This document shows positions 1 through 7,945 of a stretch of 64,000 nucleotides of DNA, piece by piece (position 1 is the first letter of the stretch; every line of letters begins with the position of its first letter). A program made the position numbers and the translations under genes. The stretch is from a virus (lineage: Duplodnaviria > Heunggongvirae > Uroviricota > Caudoviricetes), in the IMG/VR virus record IMGVR_UViG_3300023082_000008, positions 1-64,000 of that record; one strand, written 5' to 3'. The notes under the pieces are model-generated. The model did no database searches and was not told the DNA's origin. It saw only the letters and a program-made list of their open reading frames with translations.

Positions 1-147
1 ACCACGTCTGAGGTTGTGGCTAGGCTAGTAATGCTTGAGCGTGAAGTTCAAGCATTACTAGCCACCATTCAAACTATTCGTACCGATCTTCTAGGAAACG
101 GTGTCATTATGGATGCCGACGACCTAGAACATAACCAGAAAGATTGA
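1..147 (+). CDS. hypothetical protein, 3' end (gene starts upstream of window)
   Basis: Open frame from base 1 to TGA at 145-147; the next genes follow immediately on the same strand. Confidence 0.4.
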   Translation, partial: TTSEVVARLVMLEREVQALLATIQTIRTDLLGNGVIMDADDLEHNQKD

Positions 148-151
148 AACT

Positions 152-400
152 ATGAGCCTTTATTCTGATAAGGGAGAGCGAGAGAGTTATTTCATTTTCA
201 ATACGTTTCTCGCCAGTCTTGTGTTTGTAATCATTCTATTAATTACCGTTTTTGGATTCCGCGCTGGTCATCAGACTGGTGACAATGTCAACAAGACTTC
301 GGTGGCCTGTGTAAAGGCGGGCGGTAGTTGGCTTTACAACGACAATTCCTCTAAGTGGGAGTGCAAGAACAACTATACCAAGACTGAGGTTGTTCAGTGA
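152..400 (+). CDS. small membrane protein with N-terminal TM helix and C-terminal Cys pair
   Basis: 82-aa ORF. Hydrophobic segment LASLVFVIILLITVFGF. The C-terminus CVKAGGSW...WEC is paralogous to the next ORF. Confidence 0.5.
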   Translation: MSLYSDKGERESYFIFNTFLASLVFVIILLITVFGFRAGHQTGDNVNKTSVACVKAGGSWLYNDNSSKWECKNNYTKTEVVQ

Positions 401-564
401 AAGATGTTGACTGGATTGAAATTGCCATTGCGATCTTTCTGGTCATTCTGATCTGCGGACCGCTCGTTTCCAATGCATTTGACGATTACCAAGAAGACAA
501 AAAGGAAACCGCCTGCATTCAAGAGCGCGGCACATGGTCCAAGGATAGGTGTGTATTCCCATGA
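397..564 (+). CDS. small membrane protein, paralogue of 152-400
   Basis: GTG start overlapping the preceding stop (GTGA). TM segment IAIAIFLVILICGPLV followed by C...GTW...C. Ends in ATGA overlap with the next gene. Confidence 0.35.
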   Translation: MKDVDWIEIAIAIFLVILICGPLVSNAFDDYQEDKKETACIQERGTWSKDRCVFP

Positions 565-923
565 AGAACTGGCTAGATCAGGATATTACTATTGGTACTA
601 TTGTTTATCGTCAAGCCGACCGGTACGGATCACGTATTGGCAAAGTCGTCGGGTTTAAGACATTCAGTCCCGGCTCTGCTAGTGAACAAGAAAAGTTGAC
701 TATTCAGTGGTGTCTTGGAGAAACTGGTATTACCCATGTTCGTATTGATGAATTGGTCATTCCAGATTTGACATGGGCATGGGTGGTAGATAAAATGGAA
801 GCCCAGCACAGGGCAGATGTGAAGCGGTATAAAGAAATTGTCGCTAAGCATCCCGACCAGGAAGATAACAAATATTTCTTGCCCCAAGAAACTTGGTGGA
901 GAGAAGAGTTGACAGCATCCTAA
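561..923 (+). CDS. hypothetical protein
   Basis: ORF with ATG at 561; AAGGATAGG upstream. The alternative GTG at 549 is not excluded. Confidence 0.5.
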   Translation: MKNWLDQDITIGTIVYRQADRYGSRIGKVVGFKTFSPGSASEQEKLTIQWCLGETGITHVRIDELVIPDLTWAWVVDKMEAQHRADVKRYKEIVAKHPDQEDNKYFLPQETWWREELTAS

Positions 924-964
924 AGGATGTGTTAGACTTGTACTACGTCCTCAGGATGACGAAA

Positions 965-1037
965 AAGCCTGCTTTGGTCGGTGGGTTGTTGGCATCCCAT
1001 CTTGGCTCTGAACTAAGGCCACGTAGGTTCGATTCCT
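965..1037 (+). tRNA. tRNA-Gln (anticodon CTG)
   Basis: Acceptor TGGTCGG pairs with CCGATCA. Anticodon arm CTTGG-CTCTGAA-CTAAG. T arm GTAGG-TTCGATT-CCTAC. Confidence 0.7.
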
Positions 1038-1064
1038 ACCCGATCAGCGTAGAGAAAGAGAATT

Positions 1065-1262
1065 ATGCCTAGATATGATTACAAATGTGATGCCGTTAAG
1101 CCTAGTTGTGACTACACTACGGAAATAACACACAATTTTGATTATGAACTTACTTTAGAAGAGAAGTTGTGCCCTTGCGGCGATGGATATCTAGTCAAGA
1201 AATTTACTGCAACACCTGTTACCTTCAAAGGTAACGGATTTTACAAGACTGACAACGCTTGA
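1065..1262 (+). CDS. FmdB-family zinc-ribbon protein
   Basis: MPRYDYKCDAVKPSC...CPCGDGYL: two Cys pairs in the layout typical of FmdB-type regulatory zinc ribbons. Confidence 0.55.
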   Translation: MPRYDYKCDAVKPSCDYTTEITHNFDYELTLEEKLCPCGDGYLVKKFTATPVTFKGNGFYKTDNA

Positions 1263-1287
1263 CAGGGCAAGTTCAGTCTGCTAGACT
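1259..1287 (+). promoter_or_regulatory. sigma-70/HrdB-type promoter TTGACA-17-TAGACT driving a tRNA cluster
   Basis: TTGACA 1259-1264, 17-nt spacer, TAGACT 1282-1287. Lies immediately upstream of tRNA-Trp. Confidence 0.6.
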
Positions 1288-1300
1288 AGTAACACAACAT

Positions 1301-1371
1301 AGGCCATAGCGCAGGATGAGTTACAAGGATTCCAAACCCTTCGTACGTCGGTTCGAATCCGACATGGTCTG
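1301..1371 (+). tRNA. tRNA-Trp (anticodon CCA); CCA encoded at 1372-1374
   Basis: Acceptor AGGCCAT pairs with ATGGTCT. Anticodon loop TTCCAAA. T arm GTCGG-TTCGAAT-CCGAC. Discriminator G then CCA. Confidence 0.7.
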
Positions 1372-1402
1372 CCATTCAGGAGTGAATTAAACTACTCAAC
1401 AT

Positions 1403-1478
1403 GCTTGCTGGGACTGCTCGGAGTGGTCACTACCCTGTCACGGTAGATAGCAGGCGGGTTCAAATCCCGTAGCAGGCG
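1403..1478 (+). tRNA. tRNA-Asp (anticodon GTC)
   Basis: Acceptor GCTTGCT pairs with AGCAGGC. Anticodon arm CTACC-CTGTCAC-GGTAG. T loop TTCAAAT. Confidence 0.75.
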
Positions 1479-1479
1479 C

Positions 1480-1508
1480 TTGACACGGTCATACTGATCG
1501 TGTACACT
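1480..1508 (+). promoter_or_regulatory. promoter TTGACA-17-TACACT
   Basis: TTGACA 1480-1485, TACACT 1503-1508. Lies between tRNA-Asp and tRNA-Pro. Confidence 0.5.
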
Positions 1509-1530
1509 AGTAACAACAGCAACACAACCA

Positions 1531-1602
1531 CTGGATATAGGAAAATGGTAATCCGCACGGTTTGGGACCGTGAGACTGAGAGTTCGAGTCTCTCTATCCG
1601 GA
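1531..1602 (+). tRNA. tRNA-Pro (anticodon TGG)
   Basis: Acceptor CTGGATA pairs with TATCCGG. Anticodon arm CACGG-TTTGGGA-CCGTG. T arm GAGAG-TTCGAGT-CTCTC. Confidence 0.8.
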
Positions 1603-1655
1603 CCAGTCGTAAGGTGTAAAAGCCTTGCGATTGACCACTTACAATTAAATAGCAT

Positions 1656-1729
1656 GCCCCGTTAGAGTAGCGGTCCATCTCCCCTGTTTTTCAGGCAGGT
1701 AATCGTCGGTTCGAATCCGACACGGGGTA
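1656..1729 (+). tRNA. tRNA-Glu (anticodon TTC)
   Basis: Acceptor GCCCCGT pairs with ACGGGGT. Anticodon loop TTTTCAG. T arm GTCGG-TTCGAAT-CCGAC. Confidence 0.7.
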
Positions 1730-1989
1730 CTCTGGATTAGTGTAGATTGCACTCCGGTGTTAACCGGGAGCGTTGGGAGAATGGCCCAGCATCTTGAACC
1801 ACTTACCCGGCTTCGTCGAAATACACGGGGCCGGGTACCAAAACTTTCGTTAGCATAAAGCAATGCGGCCCCTTCGGTGGGGTAGATCGAGATTAGCGCT
1901 CTTGACGAAGGACCAACACCTAGTAGTGTACGTTGCACTCTCGGGGCAAACCGAGGAGGCCGTGGTTAAACTCCCGGCTGGGTGGCCAT

Positions 1990-2061
1990 GGGACGGTAGT
2001 ACAATGGTAAGTGCAGTTCTCTGATACGGAACAAACCAAGGTTCAATTCCTTGTCGTCCTA
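1990..2061 (+). tRNA. tRNA-Ile (anticodon GAT)
   Basis: Acceptor GGGACGG pairs with TCGTCCT (two G-U pairs). Anticodon arm GTTCT-CTGATAC-GGAAC. T arm CAAGG-TTCAATT-CCTTG. Confidence 0.75.
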
Positions 2062-2098
2062 CGAGCAGGAGTCACGGGTTCGAATCCCGTACAGGCCG
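2062..2098 (+). other. orphan tRNA 3' half (T arm plus acceptor 3' strand) with no matching 5' half
   Basis: ACGGG-TTCGAAT-CCCGT then ACAGGCC-G, directly abutting tRNA-Ile. No GGCCTGT-like 5' strand lies within 400 nt upstream. Confidence 0.5.
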
Positions 2099-2168
2099 CG
2101 AGAGCGACCGGTTAGTTTAGCGGCAAAATACCTGCGTGTTCTTTTCAACCAACAGAAAGGTCCAGCCA

Positions 2169-2846
2169 ATGACAAACGAGTCGGAGGCTGGGCCTTCTTT
2201 CGTAATAATGGTACATCACAACGATGTCAAGGACTTGACTGAGTACCGCCTGAGCATGACGCACGGTGATCTTGATTTTGAGTTCAAGATGAAGTACTCG
2301 ATCACCACCGAAGCGCTGGTCAAAATGCCAAACGCATTCCTCGCTACTGAAATCATCAGTTACTTTGTCGAAGGAATCACCGAAAAGGCTCCGTGGTACA
2401 ACCCAAACTGGATTCAGAATAAGTTGATGAAGTTTGACACTCTCAACAATAAGCCCATGCTTAGCAATCCTTGCCAAGCGATACCCGCCAGCAGTTTTGC
2501 CTCGGGCGGTACCGTCAAGAGTGCTGGTGAATTCTCTGCTGACTGGGTAGATGCAAAGCCGGTGGACGTTCAGTTGAATGAACTATCAGACCTACTGCCC
2601 GGAATGCAGACCGAGGTAGAGTATCCTTGCGAGTGCCTAGGTCATTTCTTTAAGTCGGAAGACGGTGAGTACATTCCTGCAAAGAAATTGCAGCCTGATC
2701 CGCTTAAGGCTGTGATCATGCACATGAACGACGCTCACTCGAAAGACTGGTCGGATGACCGTATCTGCGAGTGGCTAGATGACCTCCACGACAACGGTGT
2801 CGTGGACCTGAGTATCGAAATTCCCGATAAGGAGATTCAAGTATGA
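2169..2846 (+). CDS. hypothetical protein
   Basis: ORF with ATG at 2169 and a GAAAGG ribosome-binding site 9 nt upstream. The GTG at 2136 would extend it but overlaps the tRNA-like region. Confidence 0.6.
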   Translation: MTNESEAGPSFVIMVHHNDVKDLTEYRLSMTHGDLDFEFKMKYSITTEALVKMPNAFLATEIISYFVEGITEKAPWYNPNWIQNKLMKFDTLNNKPMLSNPCQAIPASSFASGGTVKSAGEFSADWVDAKPVDVQLNELSDLLPGMQTEVEYPCECLGHFFKSEDGEYIPAKKLQPDPLKAVIMHMNDAHSKDWSDDRICEWLDDLHDNGVVDLSIEIPDKEIQV

Positions 2847-3055
2847 ACGTAATTGAGCGCAACACAGAAAAGGTCGCAGAGACGATCAGCACGGAAGACC
2901 TTGAGAAGATGACGCGTCCACTGCGTCTTACCGACCTGCTCCGTGAGGGGCGCGAGGCCGGTATCGAAAAGGCTGTTGGTAGTTGGTCTGACGAGAGCAA
3001 GATGTGCTTCCTCGCCACGGCTGCTACCACGGCAAAGGCTCGCGGTATCTTTTGA
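2843..3055 (+). CDS. hypothetical protein
   Basis: 70-aa ORF with ATGA overlap to the upstream gene. Confidence 0.5.
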   Translation: MNVIERNTEKVAETISTEDLEKMTRPLRLTDLLREGREAGIEKAVGSWSDESKMCFLATAATTAKARGIF

Positions 3056-3056
3056 T

Positions 3057-3479
3057 ATGGAAGAAATAAGAAGTTTTACGGGAGAACATTTCTTCCTCTC
3101 TAACTTCTACCGTGAAAATGGTTCGACGGTAGAACACCGCTTCCAAGCAGCCAAGACCGATCGAATCCATGAAAAGGAACAGATCATGGCTGCTCCAACA
3201 CCAGCCAAGGCAAAGTATTGGGGTAGACGCTGCACCATGAGACCTGACTGGGAGACCGAGAAGGTCAACGTCATGTATCACCTAGTCAAGAACAAGTTTA
3301 GTCACCCCGATTTGGGCCGACGTTTGCTTGAGACGGGCGACGCTTATTTGGTTGAGGGAAACACATGGGGAGATAAATTCTGGGGCGTAGAGACCGATTC
3401 TGGTGAGGGCGAGAACCATCTGGGTATGATTCTGATGCGTGTTCGTGAGGAGTTGACACGGCACCAGCCCCTCGTGTAG
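3057..3479 (+). CDS. NADAR-domain protein (YbiA/DUF1768 family; ADP-ribose or NAD-derivative N-glycosidase type)
   Basis: FFLSNFY...VEHRFQAAK...EQIMAAPTPAKAKYWGRRC...GNTWGDKFWG are NADAR family hallmarks. ATG at 3057 follows the TGA at 3053-3055. Confidence 0.7.
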   Translation: MEEIRSFTGEHFFLSNFYRENGSTVEHRFQAAKTDRIHEKEQIMAAPTPAKAKYWGRRCTMRPDWETEKVNVMYHLVKNKFSHPDLGRRLLETGDAYLVEGNTWGDKFWGVETDSGEGENHLGMILMRVREELTRHQPLV

Positions 3480-3516
3480 TCTGTACGAATCGCCCGCATA
3501 GAGAAAGGCACCATTC

Positions 3517-4665
3517 ATGATCTTTATTGTTATCCTTATGGTCTCAATGATTGCGAGTGGTGCTTTTTTCGTTGCTAGTAAAGATATCAAGATTGGGCCG
3601 TTGAAGAGAAAGACCAAGACAGAAGCCTTTGAGCCCTATGTAGTAGGAATCAACAAGTTTCTCATTCCTCATTCTGAGTGGAGAAAGAACCTTGAATACG
3701 AATTGTCTAAGATGCGAACAATGCACGACAGTATTACATACCCCGAAGACTGGGTGTTGCTTGAGCCACTAGTTGATCCTAAGCCCAATCCATTTAGTGG
3801 CGCGTTTAAAACGCATGATACGAATGACACATATTCAGATCACAAGAACACATACGCCTATCGCTACAAGAAAATGCTTGAGCGTGAGAAGCGTGCGCTG
3901 GAAGACCTCAAGCGCAAGGAAGACGCGAACCACGCCAAAAATAGATACTATCCAAGGGTCGCTAAGAATGTCAGGGTTGGCTACCAGTCTGACAATAACC
4001 TTATGCTCATTGGCTCTATTCCCCATCGGGATAAGAATATGATGGAGCAGGTCTATAAAGATGCTCGCACTAATGAACTCAGGACCGTGTGGACCGCCTT
4101 GCCCTCAACTCAGACACCTATGGTTATTACTACCGGCTCGTCTACGGCTGATACGATCTATGCGGGCACTCGTGTCTGGCCCAAGGAGATTCCTGTCGGA
4201 CCCGAGATGAGTCACGACAACCTGATGAAGTTCAAAAAGGCAGAACTCGTTTCAATGGCCGAGCACTATGGCATTGACGTGAAGTCTAGTTGGACAAAGA
4301 CCGATCTTGTGCAGCACATTCAGGATTTGTCTGACGAGCGTAAAAAGCAAATCGACATTGGTACTTTCCAAGATTACATGTGGAGAAAGTACAATGGTCC
4401 GAAAACTCAGGGTAAAGGACGCAAGTCCCTTGATCACAATTTCAAGAAGTACGACCGTGAGCCCGAGCCGGTAGCCGAAGAGCCCATCGAGTGGACAAAG
4501 GCCATGGAGCCCCTAACAGGTGAAATTCAAATGTCAATGTCTATTCCACCGCCAGTGCTGACGCCTAATGAGTCTCGTGTTGCTCTGCACAAGCACAAGG
4601 ATCGTGTGACAGGCGAGTGGAAAAATCACTTCGCCTATGGCTATTGCGACAAGTGCAATATGTAG
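3517..4665 (+). CDS. hypothetical protein with N-terminal TM anchor
   Basis: 382-aa ORF with an N-terminal hydrophobic segment. An 8-bp hairpin at 4684-4716 follows. Confidence 0.65.
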   Translation: MIFIVILMVSMIASGAFFVASKDIKIGPLKRKTKTEAFEPYVVGINKFLIPHSEWRKNLEYELSKMRTMHDSITYPEDWVLLEPLVDPKPNPFSGAFKTHDTNDTYSDHKNTYAYRYKKMLEREKRALEDLKRKEDANHAKNRYYPRVAKNVRVGYQSDNNLMLIGSIPHRDKNMMEQVYKDARTNELRTVWTALPSTQTPMVITTGSSTADTIYAGTRVWPKEIPVGPEMSHDNLMKFKKAELVSMAEHYGIDVKSSWTKTDLVQHIQDLSDERKKQIDIGTFQDYMWRKYNGPKTQGKGRKSLDHNFKKYDREPEPVAEEPIEWTKAMEPLTGEIQMSMSIPPPVLTPNESRVALHKHKDRVTGEWKNHFAYGYCDKCNM

Positions 4666-4726
4666 TGTAGAATGGTGTGGGTACCGTCCGTGGTTGAACA
4701 TCTACCGTACGGACGGGCGGTATTCA

Positions 4727-4800
4727 TGCGCCATGGACCGAACGGTTTGACGGTGGCTGTCTTATATGCAGTTGGAGCAGGTTCAATTCCTGCATGGCGT
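4727..4800 (+). tRNA. tRNA-Ile (anticodon TAT)
   Basis: Acceptor GCGCCAT pairs with ATGGCGT. D stem ACCG/CGGT. Anticodon arm GCTGT-CTTATAT-GCAGT. T arm GCAGG-TTCAATT-CCTGC. Confidence 0.65.
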
Positions 4801-4803
4801 ACC

Positions 4804-4832
4804 CTTGACAGGGTCGGTAAAGTTAGGTAGAG
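4804..4832 (+). promoter_or_regulatory. promoter TTGACA-17-TAGAGT
   Basis: TTGACA 4804-4809, TAGAGT 4827-4832. Upstream of the 4869 gene. Confidence 0.5.
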
Positions 4833-4868
4833 TACTCTTGTATTGACTCGAAAAGATAGGAATGCTTA

Positions 4869-5204
4869 ATGAAGCGTTGCGGTTTTTGTGGAGAGAACAA
4901 GTCACTGGACCAGTACCGAATGAGGAAGACCCCTCCTATTCAACATTATGCTTACTGTAACTCTTGTGTGTATCATGCTTCAAAGAACAAGGCTAGTTAT
5001 AGCGAAGATGTGCGAGTGATGAGAGAGAAGGCTATTTCTATGCGTGCCTTTACTCCTGATCAAGATAAAGAAATTTACATTCGGGTCCTTTCTGGTACTC
5101 CTAGAACTGTCATTGCTTCCGAACATGGGGTGTCAAATTCATGTGTAGGCAAAGCCTTTAAGCGGGGTCGCTCAATGGAAATCAAAGAGCAAATGAAAAG
5201 TTGA
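4869..5204 (+). CDS. hypothetical Cys-rich protein
   Basis: 111-aa ORF starting MKRCGFCGE...CNSC, with zinc-finger-like Cys pairs. Confidence 0.55.
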   Translation: MKRCGFCGENKSLDQYRMRKTPPIQHYAYCNSCVYHASKNKASYSEDVRVMREKAISMRAFTPDQDKEIYIRVLSGTPRTVIASEHGVSNSCVGKAFKRGRSMEIKEQMKS

Positions 5205-5228
5205 CATTGCCGAATGTATCATGTAGAC
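5200..5228 (+). promoter_or_regulatory. promoter TTGACA-17-TAGACT driving the two Gly tRNAs
   Basis: TTGACA 5200-5205, TAGACT 5223-5228. Confidence 0.6.
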
Positions 5229-5239
5229 TAGAACTACAT

Positions 5240-5312
5240 GCGTGTGAGGCCCATTTGGACGGGCAGGTGATTTCCAATCATCAGGCAGCGAGTTCGAGGC
5301 TCGTCACACGCT
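5240..5312 (+). tRNA. tRNA-Gly (anticodon TCC)
   Basis: Acceptor GCGTGTG pairs with CACACGC. D stem GCCC/GGGC. Anticodon arm GGTGA-TTTCCAA-TCATC. T arm GCGAG-TTCGAGG-CTCGT. Confidence 0.8.
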
Positions 5313-5381
5313 CCATCAGCGGGGTAACGATTAGATGCAGCCACCGTTACTCAAATGAGACTGGGTACGCCCGCTGACTAT

Positions 5382-5452
5382 GTGGTATAAGTGTTCTGGT
5401 TGCACATAACCTTGCCAAGGTTAGGGAGCGAGTTCGATTCTCGTATACCGCA
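5382..5452 (+). tRNA. tRNA-Gly (anticodon GCC)
   Basis: Acceptor GTGGTAT pairs with ATACCGC. Anticodon arm TAACC-TTGCCAA-GGTTA. T arm GCGAG-TTCGATT-CTCGT. Confidence 0.75.
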
Positions 5453-5526
5453 CGACACCAAAAGGTGCTATCGAGGAATGATCCACCCGCGTATGCAAAC
5501 GGATTACAATATGCTAGAATAGATAC

Positions 5527-5682
5527 ATGACAGAGACATTCAAATATCGTGTAGTTTTGGAAGTAGAAGTTGAAGCGTTTGATGCAGATGACGCTTTTGA
5601 CAAATTGCAAGATGCAATCGGAGCGGGAGAAAACCTCGGTGTTCTTATTTCTGATTGTGAATACAAGCCAAAGAAAAGATAA
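5527..5682 (+). CDS. small acidic hypothetical protein (51 aa)
   Basis: ORF MTETFKYRVVLEVEVEAFDADDAFDKLQDAIGAGENLG... Lies between the tRNA-Gly genes and the next ORF. Confidence 0.35.
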   Translation: MTETFKYRVVLEVEVEAFDADDAFDKLQDAIGAGENLGVLISDCEYKPKKR

Positions 5683-5688
5683 ATAGAT

Positions 5689-5877
5689 ATGGACATTGCT
5701 CGTTGGTGTGAAGAGTGTAACTCAGAAGAGGCACTTGTTAGAGTTGTAGAAGATTTGGGTGGTAATCAATGGACTCACAACTGGTGCATCGAATGTGCAA
5801 AAAACAAGGTATTGACAGACGGTGAGTGGACTGCTACAATGGACTTACCACCAGATTTCAAGCCACCAATTGAATAG
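5689..5877 (+). CDS. zinc-ribbon hypothetical protein
   Basis: 62-aa ORF with WCEECN...WCIECA. Confidence 0.5.
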   Translation: MDIARWCEECNSEEALVRVVEDLGGNQWTHNWCIECAKNKVLTDGEWTATMDLPPDFKPPIE

Positions 5878-5883
5878 CAACAT

Positions 5884-5955
5884 GGGGATATAGTAGTAAT
5901 GGTAACACGACAGTTTTGCATACTGTAATCCGGGGTTCGAATCCCCGTATCTCCA
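5884..5955 (+). tRNA. tRNA-Ala (anticodon TGC)
   Basis: Acceptor GGGGATA pairs with TATCTCC. Anticodon arm ACAGT-TTTGCAT-ACTGT. T arm CGGGG-TTCGAAT-CCCCG. Confidence 0.75.
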
Positions 5956-6027
5956 CGCGACCAGTCGTTGAAACTGGTGGGTATCTAGAACCCTTACTTC
6001 TGATACTAGGAACAGATGCTAGAACAT

Positions 6028-6100
6028 GGGTTGTGAGCAGGTTAGGACTTGCGCTAAGTTGAAGCCTTAGAGACACTCGGTTCGAACCCGAGACTTCCCA
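6028..6100 (+). tRNA. tRNA-Phe (anticodon GAA) with two U-U mismatches in the acceptor stem
   Basis: D stem GCAG/CTTG. Perfect anticodon arm CTAAG-TTGAAGC-CTTAG. T arm CTCGG-TTCGAAC-CCGAG. Acceptor GGGTTGT pairs with ACTTCCC at 5 of 7 positions. Confidence 0.55.
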
Positions 6101-6164
6101 CACTGGCAGTCATGCCACGAGATTAAATAGGTCACATAGCCTTAGGGTTCTCAAAAATGACAAT

Positions 6165-6236
6165 GGGTCATTAGTGTTAATGGGAGCACGCTAGTTTTGC
6201 ACTCTAGTAGAGTGGGTTCGAGTCCCACATGTATCC
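6165..6236 (+). tRNA. tRNA, anticodon TGC (Ala-like), with acceptor mismatches; possible pseudogene
   Basis: Anticodon arm CTAGT-TTTGCAC-TCTAG. T arm GTGGG-TTCGAGT-CCCAC. Acceptor GGGTCAT pairs with ATGTATC at 5 of 7 positions. Confidence 0.45.
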
Positions 6237-6357
6237 ACTTTGGGTAGTTTTAATAGAAAACATGCTTTACATATGGCCGGTACCAGCCAGTAAAGCAGAT
6301 GTGGGTATCGAGGCCCACCCTGATTCCACCTAGAACCGTCAACAGAAAGAGGCTATC

Positions 6358-6585
6358 ATGGCTGTAGCAAAGCGTAACGAGAAGCAAAAGGCCATTGGTC
6401 AGGCGTCGTACGCCCGTGCCAAGGCACGCAAGGCCAAGAACATCGAGGAACAAGACCTCAAGACCCGCACGAATGACGTGTTCCGTGCCAAGGGCGAGCG
6501 CACTCCGTATCAGGAGCGTAAGCGCGAGAAGTACCTCGCCCGTCTGGCGAAGAAGTACGGCTCGGAGAGTGTTGACAAGGACTAA
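6358..6585 (+). CDS. small basic hypothetical protein
   Basis: 75-aa Lys/Arg-rich ORF. Its 3' end contains the promoter for the next gene. Confidence 0.5.
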   Translation: MAVAKRNEKQKAIGQASYARAKARKAKNIEEQDLKTRTNDVFRAKGERTPYQERKREKYLARLAKKYGSESVDKD

Positions 6586-6600
6586 GGTCCCTGCTAGACT
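6572..6600 (+). promoter_or_regulatory. promoter TTGACA-17-TAGACT
   Basis: TTGACA 6572-6577, TAGACT 6595-6600. Upstream of the LPXTG-protein gene. Confidence 0.55.
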
Positions 6601-6628
6601 GGTGCTCCGACCTATAGAGGGAGTCTAT

Positions 6629-7828
6629 ATGAAGAAGATTATCCTGCTGGTCATCGCAATGGTTGTGATGACACTCAGCATGGCTACCGGGGCATCGGCC
6701 ACAGAGCAGTCCACTGCTCTTCCTGCCAACGGTGTCACGAGCATTACCCAGAATGGTGACAACTTCACCATCAACCTTGCCAGCGCAGACGCCAGCGAGG
6801 TAAAGTACATCAAGCCCGGTAACACGGTTTTGTGTTCCGAGCATGAGGGCAAGCCAAAGAATGGTCACCCGCTGTGCGACAAGACCAGTTACACGATTAC
6901 GTCCAATGCGGACTGTGTCATGTTTCAGGTTGACTGGACGGACAACAAGCACAACAGTTCCGATCCTGTCAAGTGTCGTGACAAGACTGAGCCGCCAGCA
7001 GAGCCTCCCTTCAAGGATTATGAAGTTCAGGCATGCTGGAAGGTAGATAACTGGAAGGTGGGCGACGACGACTGGCCACAGACTCGTGTCGATTGCCCTA
7101 TCCCCGACAAGGCAACTACTTGTGAGGATGAGCGTTACCAGTTCGACAAGTACTGGATTCGTGACAAGGCAGATGAGGACAAGTTCAATAACCTCAAGAC
7201 GCTAGAGAATTCCGGTTCTGACGGGTCACTAGAGCCGCACGACTACTACGTCAAGACGGTACCCGGAGATAAGACCAAGTGCGCGCCGGTAGACGAAGAG
7301 ATTCCTGTACCCGCGATGCCACAGATTCTTGATCCTTGTGGTCCCGGTAATGCAAGTTGGGTCGTTCCTGCCGACACCGATAAGATCAATTGGGAAATTA
7401 CTAATGGTCCTCTTGGAGAAAAGAGCCTAACCGCTACTGCCAAGGACGGTTACACATTCCCCAACAAGGAAAAGGTTAAGGGATTCGGTAATGCACCGGA
7501 AACTAATCTTGATGCCTGCCCGGTGGTAGAGCCTCCTGTTGTAGTACCGCCGGTTGTTGAGCCTCCTGTGCCCACGCCTCCGGTAGTTACACCGCCCCCA
7601 GTATTGCCGCCAGTGACGGACAACCCGCCAATTGTGGACGAGCCTGAGGGAGAGATTGGTACGCCAATCAGCGAGCGTCGTGACAGCACGCCAGCCTCGC
7701 CGGTATATGACGAGCCAGTCTACAAGGCACTGCCTAATACAGGTGGCCCACAGGCTTGGTACGTCCTCGCAGGACTAGCCCTAGTTGCAGCCGGTACCAC
7801 GGTTGTGCTAAGATTGAGCAAGAAGTAA
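6629..7828 (+). CDS. secreted LPXTG cell-wall-anchored protein with a Pro-rich PPVV repeat stalk
   Basis: N-terminal signal peptide MKKIILLVIAMVVMTLSMATGASA. C-terminal LPNTGG, then a hydrophobic segment, then RLSKK, which is a sortase sorting signal. AGAGGGA ribosome-binding site before the ATG at 6629. Confidence 0.75.
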   Translation: MKKIILLVIAMVVMTLSMATGASATEQSTALPANGVTSITQNGDNFTINLASADASEVKYIKPGNTVLCSEHEGKPKNGHPLCDKTSYTITSNADCVMFQVDWTDNKHNSSDPVKCRDKTEPPAEPPFKDYEVQACWKVDNWKVGDDDWPQTRVDCPIPDKATTCEDERYQFDKYWIRDKADEDKFNNLKTLENSGSDGSLEPHDYYVKTVPGDKTKCAPVDEEIPVPAMPQILDPCGPGNASWVVPADTDKINWEITNGPLGEKSLTATAKDGYTFPNKEKVKGFGNAPETNLDACPVVEPPVVVPPVVEPPVPTPPVVTPPPVLPPVTDNPPIVDEPEGEIGTPISERRDSTPASPVYDEPVYKALPNTGGPQAWYVLAGLALVAAGTTVVLRLSKK

Positions 7829-7945
7829 TCATGGCGAGCCGCCCCGCAGCATTGCGGGGCGGTAGTCAGGGAAAGAGGAAATATGACAGGATTTAACACG
7901 GGCTGATTTCTTTCTAGACTAACGTTTAGAAAGGAGGTAAGCAAA

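Noticed and set aside
1392-1938. Track ORFs on the - strand (1392-1655, 1460-1678, 1645-1938) and on the + strand at 2051-2242
   Set aside because: They lie entirely over well-folded tRNA genes and the structured region. No ribosome-binding sites and the wrong strand for the operon.
6240-6357. Possible additional tRNA between the TGC tRNA and the 6358 gene
   Set aside because: Hairpin GTGGG-TATCGAGGC-CCCAC lacks the T-loop consensus and no acceptor pairing exists.
5347-6453. Track ORFs 5347-5610(-), 5514-5696(-), 5858-6103(-) and 6250-6453(-)
   Set aside because: They overlap tRNA-Gly, tRNA-Ala and tRNA-Phe on the opposite strand, so they are spurious.
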